From: an uncultured bacterium
GTDB taxonomy: Bacteria; CAYUVA01
DNA length: 61,723 nt
Direction of reading: 5' to 3'
Assembly (NCBI GenBank): GCA_964448115.1
Contig: CAYUVA010000024.1
Span: 1 to 61,723, forward strand
In this document: in pieces, positions 19,681 to 29,341 of the stretch
Numbering within the stretch: position 1 is the first letter of the stretch
Layout of the letters: the number at the start of each line of letters is the position of its first letter
Translations under genes and position numbers: made by a program
The notes under the pieces: generated by a model
What the model saw: the letters and a program-made list of their open reading frames with translations, nothing else
Told to the model about the DNA's origin: nothing
Database searches by the model: none

Positions 19681-22600
19681 TCATTCCATGACTTGAAGGT
19701 GAGGGAAGGAGCATGGAAGCTGCTGGCGACCTTGGGTTACAACGAATTCCAGCAGGTATCGACCGCTGGCGGCTGGGGCAGGTATGGTCAATCCCATAAC
19801 ATAAGCACCTCCATCGAACCCTAGAATGATTCCTGTCGGGATCGAGGCATAATAGACCTCAACCACCAGATCGGATATAGGAGTTAGGCTCTCATCGGTG
19901 ATAAGCAGCAGCATACTTAGCTCCCCGCCGCCCGCACCTATTGCGGTATCGAGGTGCCCCCCGCAGGGAAACAACATTCGGGGAGTGGCAGTAGGGGTAA
20001 CCGTAGGCGTGAATGTGGCAGTGGGAGGCGGTGCGGTAGGCGTCCCCGGGATAGTGGTAGTCGGGCTTGGGGTGCAGGTAATAGTGCTGGTGGGAGTCCC
20101 TGTCGATGTAGCCGCTGGCGTGGACGTAGCTGTGTAGGTGGCTGTGGTGGTTGGAGTCGGCTGCGGCAAGGTCCAGATGTTATAAGAAAGCTGGATGCAA
20201 TTACGATTCAAAGCCGTATCGCAGGCACTGAAAGAGATGTTTACATTGGCATCGGCAGGAAAAGGATATCCAACCGCAGAGATGACATGATAAAGCCCCC
20301 CATAGCTGCCTACAGAGTAGGGGATCGAACCATGATTTACAATAAGCTGGATGCTTGACTCATCGATTAGCGAGCAATCATCGGTAAGCCAGATATTTAC
20401 CCGTTCACCTGTGGAAACATCCCATGCCCCTGGCGCCGGAGACAGCTTTATGATTCGCGGAGGCATGACATCTGGTATCATAATCCTTGTGATCTCGCTT
20501 AACAATCCCTGATTACCCCCATTACAGGCGCCACCACGATCCGGTGCATGATCCTCCAAGGCAACTGCATAGAAGATGTTATCATCGGCTGGCAAGCGGG
20601 GATCATTGAAGATCCTTGAATCACCGCAACTGTAGAACGATAGGGTGTCTCGGGTAGCACCTCGAAATATATCGTAGCTTATCGGCATCCCCGGCTGATC
20701 CCAGGCGGGATTGAGCCAAAGCGTTGCTGAGCATCCCGCTGATCCCTGGCAAGACATGATACCAGCGGAGCGGATCCACGAGGGCGGTCTTGCATCGATG
20801 TTGACATCATCAAGAAAGGTCTTGCATCCTGGATCACTAAAGCCAGGGGATATGAAGAAAAGACGACTGTATTCACCGAATTCCTCATCGCTGAGCAGAT
20901 TTACCAGCTCACCTTGATCGTCCTTTATCATGATATACAAGATCGGTTCACTATCAGAGCCTTCCATCATGTAAAATCGGCACTCCAGCCACTCATCCAT
21001 CCTGTCTATATCGCTGCATCGCCACTGGATGCCATCATAGACAGCGTAACTATGAGGGCAGATATCTGGTAGGATCCCGATCATCCTTTGCTCGCCCTTG
21101 CGGTTCTCGATGCCTGCCAGGAAGGCATTCGAACTTGTCGAGTCGCGCATGTAGAAATAGCTGCTTTCATGCTGAGGAAGCGCAAACACCTTGTGTATTG
21201 CCTGCATCGGCTCATCGAATACCAGGCAGCGCTCCCCTGAATGCCTATCCTCATCGGTTACCTGCGGGAACCTATAATCAGACTTTGGCAAGGGAACTTC
21301 CCAGTTGCCAAGATCCCCCTCAAAGTCATCGCTTATCGGTATCTCGAAGCGCACCGTGGCTTGGGGATGATTCTTGACATCCTCCATGTTTCCCGCATTG
21401 TCTATGGCTAACGAGTAGAAGTCATAAGTGCCCGCGCCGCCGAGAACTACCGCATTCACCAAGAGGCTTTCTCCACTCGATTCTGCCGGATACGAGCGCC
21501 AGGTATCCTCCCCCCGGCGGCGATAAAACAGCCTTATTACCTTTATTCCAGCGTAGTCATCGCATGCCTCGAAATCGATGGGCAACAGGCGACTGGCAGT
21601 AATGTTAAGGTCTATTAGCACACTGCTAGCTGGCGGTGCATTGTCCTGGATCGAAAATACCGTATTAGACCAGGGCGAGACCCTTGAATTCAAGAACCTG
21701 GAGCGCACCCGGTAGTAGTATGGTATCCCCACCTGAAGGTCGGCGAACTCGAAGCTAGTATCCTCGGTTGTCAGCGTTCCAAGCGGATCGCCGAACGAGG
21801 CGTTTAAATCATATTGGACTTCATAGTACTTCAGCGGATAGCCCGACTCATCAGACCACCCGATCAGGTTGCTTCTCCCCTTGGTAAATAAAGGTTCCGG
21901 ATAGATCTCTGGCACGCCCAGGCTGAAAAGCGTCCTGGTGGGGGTCGCTGTCGGAGTCGATGGCAGCGGCGCGCTAGGTGGCAGGGTAGCGGTGGGGAGC
22001 ATGCTAGGAGTGCTGCTCGGAGTCGAGGTACAGGTTGCGGAGGGGAGTTGGGTAGCCGTGCCCGTCGGCGTATGCGTGCTTGTGCCGGTTGGAGAAACGG
22101 TCGCTGTAAATGTCGGAACTTGCGTGTGGGTCGCAGTCGGTGTGCTGGTGGGAGAGTATGTGGCCGTGTGGGTAAAGGTGGCGCTTGGGGTCATCGTCGG
22201 GGTCCGAGTCGGAGTGTAAACTATAAGCTCGCAATCATCGGAATGAAGCCCAATAATATTACCAAGACGAGGGATTACCGAGTACCTATAGGTCTCGCCG
22301 ATCTCGATGCTACCGTCGATGTAAATCGTATCCTCGGTGGCTGCGATCAGGCGATAGAAGCCCTGCCTTAAATCATCGGAGCGGAAAATCAAAAAATCGA
22401 CCAGAGCAAGGTTATAATCCCAGTTGATGCTAGCGCCTGAGGTGGGTAAGTAGGTCGCCATCACAGCGCTAACCCGATGCAGGCTCACATTCATATCAAG
22501 GTAGGTCTCATTCAAATATGCGACATCTAAGGGCACTTTTCCTGATATATTGGCGCAATAAATGTCGCTGCCGATGTGCAGGGTGAAGTTATCATCCGGC

Positions 22601-22920
22601 TGCGCGCTGTCAAAGGCTGCAAAATCGACCAGGATAAAAGGCTTGCCAGCATAGACCCTGTATCCGCGATCAGAGCCAAGCCCAGGCTGGTAGCTATCCT
22701 CGGTGATTATCGATTCCAGGCTATTGTTCAGCAGGCATTGATAAAAGACGGCGCCCTGGGGCGGAACCTCATCATCAGGGAATATAAGCTGCCCGATTGC
22801 CCTGCCAGGAATGACGCTGTTGAGATCGCCTGCGGTAATGCAAAAGCCCTGGCTATCCAAGCCCTGGACGAGAAGCACCAGGGGAAGGATCAATGCTAGA
22901 AGGTATCTACGGTACAACAT
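19681..22920 (-). CDS. large secreted multidomain protein (FN3/Ig-like domains, two Pro/Thr linkers, conserved-type C-terminal domain)
   Basis: Signal peptide; YYYRVRS...SPWS, Y.FYSLAID.AGN.E and D..PP motifs; TPT-rich tracts. Confidence 0.75.
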   Translation of the reverse strand: MLYRRYLLALILPLVLLVQGLDSQGFCITAGDLNSVIPGRAIGQLIFPDDEVPPQGAVFYQCLLNNSLESIITEDSYQPGLGSDRGYRVYAGKPFILVDFAAFDSAQPDDNFTLHIGSDIYCANISGKVPLDVAYLNETYLDMNVSLHRVSAVMATYLPTSGASINWDYNLALVDFLIFRSDDLRQGFYRLIAATEDTIYIDGSIEIGETYRYSVIPRLGNIIGLHSDDCELIVYTPTRTPTMTPSATFTHTATYSPTSTPTATHTQVPTFTATVSPTGTSTHTPTGTATQLPSATCTSTPSSTPSMLPTATLPPSAPLPSTPTATPTRTLFSLGVPEIYPEPLFTKGRSNLIGWSDESGYPLKYYEVQYDLNASFGDPLGTLTTEDTSFEFADLQVGIPYYYRVRSRFLNSRVSPWSNTVFSIQDNAPPASSVLIDLNITASRLLPIDFEACDDYAGIKVIRLFYRRRGEDTWRSYPAESSGESLLVNAVVLGGAGTYDFYSLAIDNAGNMEDVKNHPQATVRFEIPISDDFEGDLGNWEVPLPKSDYRFPQVTDEDRHSGERCLVFDEPMQAIHKVFALPQHESSYFYMRDSTSSNAFLAGIENRKGEQRMIGILPDICPHSYAVYDGIQWRCSDIDRMDEWLECRFYMMEGSDSEPILYIMIKDDQGELVNLLSDEEFGEYSRLFFISPGFSDPGCKTFLDDVNIDARPPSWIRSAGIMSCQGSAGCSATLWLNPAWDQPGMPISYDIFRGATRDTLSFYSCGDSRIFNDPRLPADDNIFYAVALEDHAPDRGGACNGGNQGLLSEITRIMIPDVMPPRIIKLSPAPGAWDVSTGERVNIWLTDDCSLIDESSIQLIVNHGSIPYSVGSYGGLYHVISAVGYPFPADANVNISFSACDTALNRNCIQLSYNIWTLPQPTPTTTATYTATSTPAATSTGTPTSTITCTPSPTTTIPGTPTAPPPTATFTPTVTPTATPRMLFPCGGHLDTAIGAGGGELSMLLLITDESLTPISDLVVEVYYASIPTGIILGFDGGAYVMGLTIPAPAASGRYLLEFVVTQGRQQLPCSFPHLQVME

Positions 22921-23035
22921 CCCTTGAATGCCATATATTTAGCACCAATTGCCGACCATTTCCAATCGTTGCCCCCAAGATAGACGAACTCGCCACCAAT
23001 AGATCAGGATAAGCGATGATATCCTTTTGCTTTCC

Positions 23036-23118
23036 ACGCTTTCCCGAGCATTACCTATTCCGCCCCCGCCAACGGGGCTTTAGGGGGACTGCCCCGAAGG
23101 CGGGTATCTTCAAAGCGC
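23036..23118 (-). ncRNA. candidate structured cis-regulatory RNA, family not identified
   Basis: Nested stems GCGCTTT/AAAGCGT, CCCGCC/GGCGGG and CGGGGC/GCCCCG upstream of the 1079-aa gene. Confidence 0.3.
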
Positions 23119-23310
23119 CTGTTAAAAGATCAATTTATCGTGCTATATTCCTGACATTAGGCTATTTTATGAAGATAATTGACTAAATAGGGCATATAAA
23201 CCACCCCTTCAAGCCAATATTCATAGGGGTAAAATTTGAGGATCCAAGTGCCACTGCCATTTTTAAAAACTAGATCGCTCAAATAAAAGCTTTGTCAAAA
23301 AAAGAATTAA

Positions 23311-23326
23311 TGTTCCATGTGGAACA
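23311..23326. promoter_or_regulatory. parS: parS centromere-like site (ParB/Spo0J binding)
   Basis: TGTTCCATGTGGAACA, one mismatch from the palindrome TGTTCCACGTGGAACA; intergenic. Confidence 0.75.
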
Positions 23327-23916
23327 TTTGACTTAAGTCTTTGATTTTTTAGGTGGATTTTCTCCAAATCTACATCAACAGACTCAAGTTTAAATGCCCA
23401 AAACAAGGGGTGCTAATTGATCTATTTAGATTAACTCGTTGAGATTAAAGAATAATTTTTTTTTAAAATTCATTCGAGGATCCTTATGCCTCCAATCTTG
23501 CCCCTTAAAAACCGTGCCAAAATGGCACGCAGAAGGGATAACTCATTGATATAATTGAAGTTTTGTAATGATTAATAATAAATGATATAGCTTATAACTC
23601 GAAGTTCTGGGGGTGCCGCCCCCAAAATCCTGCCACACCCGCCGCAGAGATTATAGTTTATCCCAAACTTGGCTCTACAAACTCGGGACCAAAACCCAAG
23701 GCGATGGAAAAAATGCTAGGCTATGAAGACCTCTCAGACTAGGTTACATCATAGCCAAAAGAACCTAAGGTGCTTAAGTAACGATATTTTATCGCCTTTT
23801 CATTCAGCACTTGGTACTAAAGGTAGGACACGCCCTTCGTGTCATTCTGGCACCCTAGATCTTAAACCGAGAATCCAGGTTGTTATATTGATCTAATAAA
23901 AGTCGAGTGCTAGGAT

Positions 23917-24744
23917 TTGCTTATGAATAATAGCAGAAACAGATCTATATTATACTGGATTATCATGGCTACAATGTTTGCCTGTGCAATCCCCTCCATA
24001 AGCGCAGAGCTGCTTAATATAGATAGGTATCCCTATTTATCGAGTTTAATCGAATATCAGGCGGATAAGCATGGCATTCAAGCAAAGCTCAACTTCGGCG
24101 AGGGGTCGTTTCGTACCTATAATTACTATAAAGACGAGGTGATAATCCTGCTCGGTGGTGGCGGTTTCTTGCCCTATAACGCTTATGAGTCGTATAAGCT
24201 CAACTACGGCTCTATGGATATGCAGGGTGATCTGAAGGTCAGCCTGAGAGCAGCCTCCCGGTATCGCATAGATTACCTGTTCACCTATTTTACCACCCAA
24301 GGCATTGCCACCAGGCTCGATCCCTTGACCGGCAATTGGGTGAAGCTGGAAGATATGGAGCTTAGGCTCAAGGCTATTAGCCACAACGCGGTCTTCAAGT
24401 ACGATCTGCTCAACTATCGCCGCGGTGACATCTTTCAGCCTTACATCGGCATCGGGTGGGGAGTCTTCGTAGTAAAGGAAAAAGGGGAAACACCTGTGCT
24501 GAGTTATAAGGAACGAGTATATAACTACATCCTTGCGCTAGGAACGCTGGTGAACTTCACTGACAGCATAGTCGCCTCGCTGGAGACGCGCTACAACCTG
24601 GCGCCGGGCAGCGCCGGCAAACAAGGCACCAGCCATTTTTATAAGGAGCGAGACATGGGTGGCATATCGATAAGCCTTACCATCGGTTATCGCATAGACC
24701 TCGAACCAAGCAGGTTCAAAAGCGGGGGCTTTGGGGAGCTATAA
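23917..24744 (+). CDS. outer membrane beta-barrel protein (porin/OmpW-like)
   Basis: Signal peptide; QPYIGIGWG; LETRYN; ISLTIGYRI terminal strand. Confidence 0.65.
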   Translation: MLMNNSRNRSILYWIIMATMFACAIPSISAELLNIDRYPYLSSLIEYQADKHGIQAKLNFGEGSFRTYNYYKDEVIILLGGGGFLPYNAYESYKLNYGSMDMQGDLKVSLRAASRYRIDYLFTYFTTQGIATRLDPLTGNWVKLEDMELRLKAISHNAVFKYDLLNYRRGDIFQPYIGIGWGVFVVKEKGETPVLSYKERVYNYILALGTLVNFTDSIVASLETRYNLAPGSAGKQGTSHFYKERDMGGISISLTIGYRIDLEPSRFKSGGFGEL

Positions 24745-24747
24745 AAA

Positions 24748-25722
24748 ATGAGAATGACAAGGTTACTGCCCGCATTCAGCCTGGTTGCGATGTTGATCAT
24801 GCTCGGCTGCTCTGGCTATTATAGCCCTTACAACGACAAGGACAACGAGTGGGAGCCTTACGAGGATCTGAACGATTACAATACCACCGCCCTGGCCGGT
24901 GAGGCTCTATTCTGCAAGTACGAGAAGGATACCATCTACTTTTTTGTGCGCATTTATGACCAACAGGGTAGAATGCTCAAGAGGCTGAACAGGTATAACT
25001 TCGATGTACTCGACACCATCCAGGGACAGCTAAGCGGCGATTTCAACTTTGAGACCAGCGAGATGGGCATTCCACTGTCGGTTGGCTTCTGCCTCGATTT
25101 TTCTGGCTCCATGACCGAGAGCCTGGCCCACCTGAAGAGGGCATGCCATGACTTCATTGATAACATGACCAGGTGGGATAGGGGCGCGGTAATAAAGTTC
25201 TCCGGTTCCTATGACATCGTGCAGGTCTTCACCGGCAACCTTGAGCTGCTACGCGAGGCGGTGGATGCAATTTATTATGTGCAAGGAGGGACAGCTTTTT
25301 ACGATGCGACCTACAATACGCTCACCCTTATCGAGCCGGAGCTTAATAAAAAAGCGGTTATCGCCTTTACGGACGGGCTGGATAACCGATCTACCTATGC
25401 TGACTTCAACAAGGTCGTTCAGATGGCAAATTTCATCGAGACCCCCATCTACACCATCGGCTTAGGTGATGAGATCGATCAGGATATGCTTTATCGGATG
25501 GCACAAGAGACCGGCGGCGAATACCACTATAGCCCTGGTCCGGAAGATCTCCGGGAGATATATCAAGAGCTCTCCGCTACCATTCATGGTGGTTTTGCCT
25601 ATGCCTTCGAGTGGTATGCGCCTGGCGCACAGATAGGGGACTCGATAACCCTCGATGTTTACTATCGCTGCGCAGCAGGAATGCTTAGCACCACTATCTA
25701 CCACCGGTTGGAGCAAGAGTAA
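24748..25722 (+). CDS. VWA-domain lipoprotein
   Basis: MLGC lipobox; MIDAS residues DFSGSM, GGTAFYDA, FTDG; IYTIGLG; A.ETGG.Y. Confidence 0.9.
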   Translation: MRMTRLLPAFSLVAMLIMLGCSGYYSPYNDKDNEWEPYEDLNDYNTTALAGEALFCKYEKDTIYFFVRIYDQQGRMLKRLNRYNFDVLDTIQGQLSGDFNFETSEMGIPLSVGFCLDFSGSMTESLAHLKRACHDFIDNMTRWDRGAVIKFSGSYDIVQVFTGNLELLREAVDAIYYVQGGTAFYDATYNTLTLIEPELNKKAVIAFTDGLDNRSTYADFNKVVQMANFIETPIYTIGLGDEIDQDMLYRMAQETGGEYHYSPGPEDLREIYQELSATIHGGFAYAFEWYAPGAQIGDSITLDVYYRCAAGMLSTTIYHRLEQE

Positions 25723-25809
25723 TAATAGTTGATAAGACACGCAACTTCGGGTATTACAATCACCTATACCATCGCTTTGTAAATCGTTTATGCGAGGTGC
25801 TAAAGGATC

Positions 25810-27600
25810 ATGACCGATAACCTGCAAGGACTAAAACGAACCCACTATTGCGGGGAGCTTGATGCTTCCTGTATCGGCAAAAAAGTTACCCTCATGGGCT
25901 GGGTCAACAAGGTGCGCAACCTGGGGGGACTTATATTTATAGATATCCGCGACCGTGAGGGTATCGCCCAGCTTGCCATTGGCGCTGATGCTCCCCAAGA
26001 GCTAATCAAGAACGCCGAGTCCCTCCACGGAGAGTATGTGATCGCTGCCTCTGGAACTGTAAGAAAACGCCCTGATGATATGATCAATCCCCAGATGAAG
26101 ACCGGCCAGGTCGAGGTCAGCCTGGAAAAACTGGTCATATACAGCCCCAGCGATCCGCTCCCTTTCCAGTTCCATACCCTGGATAGCGTATCCGAGGAGC
26201 TTAGGCTCAGGCATCGTTACCTTGAGCTTCGCCACCCTGCCCGAATGCAGCGCATCCTCTTGCGCCACAAGGCTGCCCAGGCGACGCGAAGATACCTGAG
26301 CGATAAGGGCTTCATCGAGGTCGAGACCCCCTTTTTGACCAAGAGCACCCCCGAAGGCGCCAGGGATTACCTGACCCCATCGCGCGTCTTTCCGGGCAAA
26401 TTCTATGCCCTCCCCCAGTCCCCACAGATCTTCAAGCAACTGCTGATGATCGCCGGCTTCGACCGCTACTTCCAGATCGTAAAGTGCTTTCGCGATGAGG
26501 ATATGCGAGCTGATCGCCAGCCGGAGTTCACCCAGATCGACATCGAGATGTCCTTCGTTACTCCTGAGGATATCTACCATGAGATGGAGGGCTTGATCTG
26601 CGCTATCTTCGAGGAGTGCATCGGTGTCAAGCTAAGTTTGCCATTCCCCCGCATCAGTTACGATGAGGCGATGAGGCGCTTCGGCATCGATAGGCCGGAT
26701 ATGCGCTTCGGCATGGAGCTTGTAGATGCCAGCGAGCTGTTCAACGCTACCGAATTTCGTATCATCAGGGATGTGCTGGAGGCTGGCGGAGTTGTCAAGG
26801 GTATCAAGGTACCTGGCGGCGCATCGCTCAGCCGCAAGCGTATTGCTGCCCTGGAGAATGCAGCCAAAGGACACGGTGCCGGCGGGCTTTTGCCACTGAA
26901 ATATGCTGGTGGCGAGCTGAGCGGTCCAATGGCTAGACATCTGACCCCTGGCGCAAAGGATAGGCTGCTGGAAGCATTCGCTGCCAGGGACGGGGACCTG
27001 ATACTGCTTTGCGCCGATGTGCCCAAGCGATGCAACACGGTGCTCGGTAACCTGAGGATAATGCTCGCCGAAGGGCTTGGACTCATCGATAATTCACGCT
27101 TCGAGCCGCTCTGGGTGGTCGATTTCCCCGTCTTTGAGTGGAACGAAAACGAAAATCGCTGGAACTCTGCTCACCATCCATTCACCATGCCGATACCGGG
27201 GCATTTGGATCTCCTGGAGAGCGATCCCGGGGCAGCCCGCGCTATGGCTTATGACCTGGTGATCAATGGCAGCGAGGTGGCTGGCGGTTCGATTCGTATC
27301 AACCGGGCAGACATACAGCAACAAGTCTTTCGGGCGCTCAAGATAAGCGACCAGGAGGCGCAGGAACGATTCGGCTTTTTCCTGGAAGCGCTCAAATATG
27401 GCACCCCTCCGCATGGCGGCATTGCCTTTGGCTTCGATCGGCTGGTGATGATGCTGGCTGGTGCCGAGTCGATTCGCGATGTGATCCCGTTTCCCAAGAC
27501 CCTGCGGGCTTACTGCCCGCTTACCGATGCGCCGAGCGAGGTCTCCGATAAACAGCTCGCCGAGCTGGGCATCGCACTGAGGGAAAAAGATTCGGAATGA
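25810..27600 (+). CDS. aspS: aspartate--tRNA ligase
   Basis: RTHYCG, KSTPEGARDY, ALPQSPQ.FKQ, CFRDED.RADRQPEFTQ, PPHGGIAFGFDR. Confidence 0.98.
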   Translation: MTDNLQGLKRTHYCGELDASCIGKKVTLMGWVNKVRNLGGLIFIDIRDREGIAQLAIGADAPQELIKNAESLHGEYVIAASGTVRKRPDDMINPQMKTGQVEVSLEKLVIYSPSDPLPFQFHTLDSVSEELRLRHRYLELRHPARMQRILLRHKAAQATRRYLSDKGFIEVETPFLTKSTPEGARDYLTPSRVFPGKFYALPQSPQIFKQLLMIAGFDRYFQIVKCFRDEDMRADRQPEFTQIDIEMSFVTPEDIYHEMEGLICAIFEECIGVKLSLPFPRISYDEAMRRFGIDRPDMRFGMELVDASELFNATEFRIIRDVLEAGGVVKGIKVPGGASLSRKRIAALENAAKGHGAGGLLPLKYAGGELSGPMARHLTPGAKDRLLEAFAARDGDLILLCADVPKRCNTVLGNLRIMLAEGLGLIDNSRFEPLWVVDFPVFEWNENENRWNSAHHPFTMPIPGHLDLLESDPGAARAMAYDLVINGSEVAGGSIRINRADIQQQVFRALKISDQEAQERFGFFLEALKYGTPPHGGIAFGFDRLVMMLAGAESIRDVIPFPKTLRAYCPLTDAPSEVSDKQLAELGIALREKDSE

Positions 27601-27604
27601 ATCA

Positions 27605-29326
27605 ATGGATGCCTTTGTAGTCAGGGGATTAGCTGGGGAGCTTGGAGAGAGACTCACCGGTGCTAAACTACGAGGGGCTGGCCAATCCTCGGCAACCAGC
27701 TTCTGGCTAAGGCTATATGCCGACCAGGAGCATTACCTTGTAATCGATATCTCGCCGGGGCAACCCTTCATACTGCTTCAAGCTGAGCCGCCGCCAAGCT
27801 ACGGCAAGCGCGCGGTGCTCATAGAATACATCGACACCAGGCTTAGAAGCTCGAAGATAAGCGACATCTCATCGATAAGGATGGAGAGGATCCTGCAGAT
27901 CGCCCTTGATAAGCTCCAGTTGGATGGCAGTAAGCTAAGATACCGATTGCACATCGAGATTATGGGGCGCAACTCGAACGCTATCCTTGAATCAGGGGGC
28001 ATAATCATTGATGCATTCAAACGTTTCAGCCTGGCTCAAGGCTCAAGTCGGCTGCTTCTCCCCAAGGCGCCCTGGCAGCCACCGCCGCTGGGACAGGGGA
28101 TATACTTGCATCAAGTAAATCCGAAGATCCTTGCCCGAATTATGCAGGAAGCCCCCCAAGACAAGCCGCCCTGGAAGGCGCTGTTTGAGAACATCAGTGG
28201 AATCTCCCCTCGCATGGCTAAAGAGGCGATCCAAAGAGCCGATGATGCCGCAAGCAATAGAGCGCAACCAGGATGGATACAAGCGATGAACAATTACCTT
28301 CAACAACTGGCTCAGGTGTATCAAGACAAGGCGTTCAAGCCATGTATATACCAGGAGGGAGAAAAGGGGGAATCCAGGTTCTGTTTGAGCCTTTGCCACA
28401 TGCTGAGTCTCAAGCCGATAAGCGAGCCGAGCTTGTTTATCCAAGGAATGCAGGAGCTTCAGCGCCTGAGCGCCCAGGTACGAGCGCGCAAGCACCTGGA
28501 AGCGAGGCTCAATCGCACCATACAAGCCGCCATCAAGAACACGCAAAAGCTGATCAATGAGCTGGAAAAAGAGATCGCCAGGTATGAGAACCACCAGCTT
28601 TATCGCAAGTACGGTGAGCTTCTGCTTATAAATAAGTCGAGGCTCAAAGAGGCAAAGGAGATAGCCGTCGTAGAGGATATCTATCAAGATAACAAGACCA
28701 TGGAGATTCCACTGGAGCCTAATACCAGTATAACCGGAAATGCGAACCGTTATTTTAATCTCTCAAGAAAATTTGCCAGGGGACTAAAAATAAAAAAGGA
28801 GCAGCTTACCGCCAGGCAGGATGAGCTGGACTTTTTAAGCCAGGTAATGGAGAAGCTGAAGAAAGCCTACAGCACCGAGCAGCTTCAGCGCATCGCCCAG
28901 ATCCTCTCCGAGCGAGGCTATACGGTACATAAAGGAAGCAAACATGCCAGTGAGCGAGGAAAGAGGTCTGCTCTTCCATTTCATCGCTTCATCTCCTCGG
29001 AGAGCTTCGAGATACTGGTCGGCAAGAGCGCAAGGGATAACGAGGAGCTGCTTTCCAGGTATGCCTCTGTCGAGGACTTCTGGCTGCATGTCAAGGATGC
29101 CGGCGGTTCTTTCGTGATCGTGCGCAATCCCCAGCGATTAGCCGATCTGCCCCAGAACACCAAGCTCGAGGCTGCTCACCTGGCAGTCAGGTACAGCTCA
29201 ATACACGGCAAGGTCTCCAACGCAGAGGTGCTATGCACCAAAAAGAAGTATCTACGAAAGGTGAAGGGCACATCTGGGTTGGTCAACTATAGCAACGAGC
29301 AGGTGATCAGCATCAGCTTATCTTGA
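27605..29326 (+). CDS. rqcH: NFACT family ribosome quality-control factor (RqcH/FbpA)
   Basis: MD start, ERIL, IEIMGRNSN, NANRYF, ILVGKSARDNEEL, FWLHVKD.GGS. Confidence 0.85.
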   Translation: MDAFVVRGLAGELGERLTGAKLRGAGQSSATSFWLRLYADQEHYLVIDISPGQPFILLQAEPPPSYGKRAVLIEYIDTRLRSSKISDISSIRMERILQIALDKLQLDGSKLRYRLHIEIMGRNSNAILESGGIIIDAFKRFSLAQGSSRLLLPKAPWQPPPLGQGIYLHQVNPKILARIMQEAPQDKPPWKALFENISGISPRMAKEAIQRADDAASNRAQPGWIQAMNNYLQQLAQVYQDKAFKPCIYQEGEKGESRFCLSLCHMLSLKPISEPSLFIQGMQELQRLSAQVRARKHLEARLNRTIQAAIKNTQKLINELEKEIARYENHQLYRKYGELLLINKSRLKEAKEIAVVEDIYQDNKTMEIPLEPNTSITGNANRYFNLSRKFARGLKIKKEQLTARQDELDFLSQVMEKLKKAYSTEQLQRIAQILSERGYTVHKGSKHASERGKRSALPFHRFISSESFEILVGKSARDNEELLSRYASVEDFWLHVKDAGGSFVIVRNPQRLADLPQNTKLEAAHLAVRYSSIHGKVSNAEVLCTKKKYLRKVKGTSGLVNYSNEQVISISLS

Positions 29327-29341
29327 TAAGTATAGTTATAA

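Noticed and set aside
21935-22215. Repetitive DNA as a CRISPR array or tandem repeat (also 16790-16995 and 19980-20165)
   Set aside because: These are degenerate Pro/Thr codon runs inside ORFs, with no repeat-spacer structure and no cas genes
23513-23540. sigma54 promoter at TGGCACG
   Set aside because: No TTGC -12 element at the required spacing on either strand
22921-23916. oriC in the 1-kb AT-rich intergenic region
   Set aside because: No clustered TTATCCACA-type DnaA boxes were seen and there is no dnaA neighbour
26002-28687. Long antisense ORFs over aspS and rqcH (and similar ones across the window)
   Set aside because: Antisense-frame shadows of conserved genes, with no recognisable motifs
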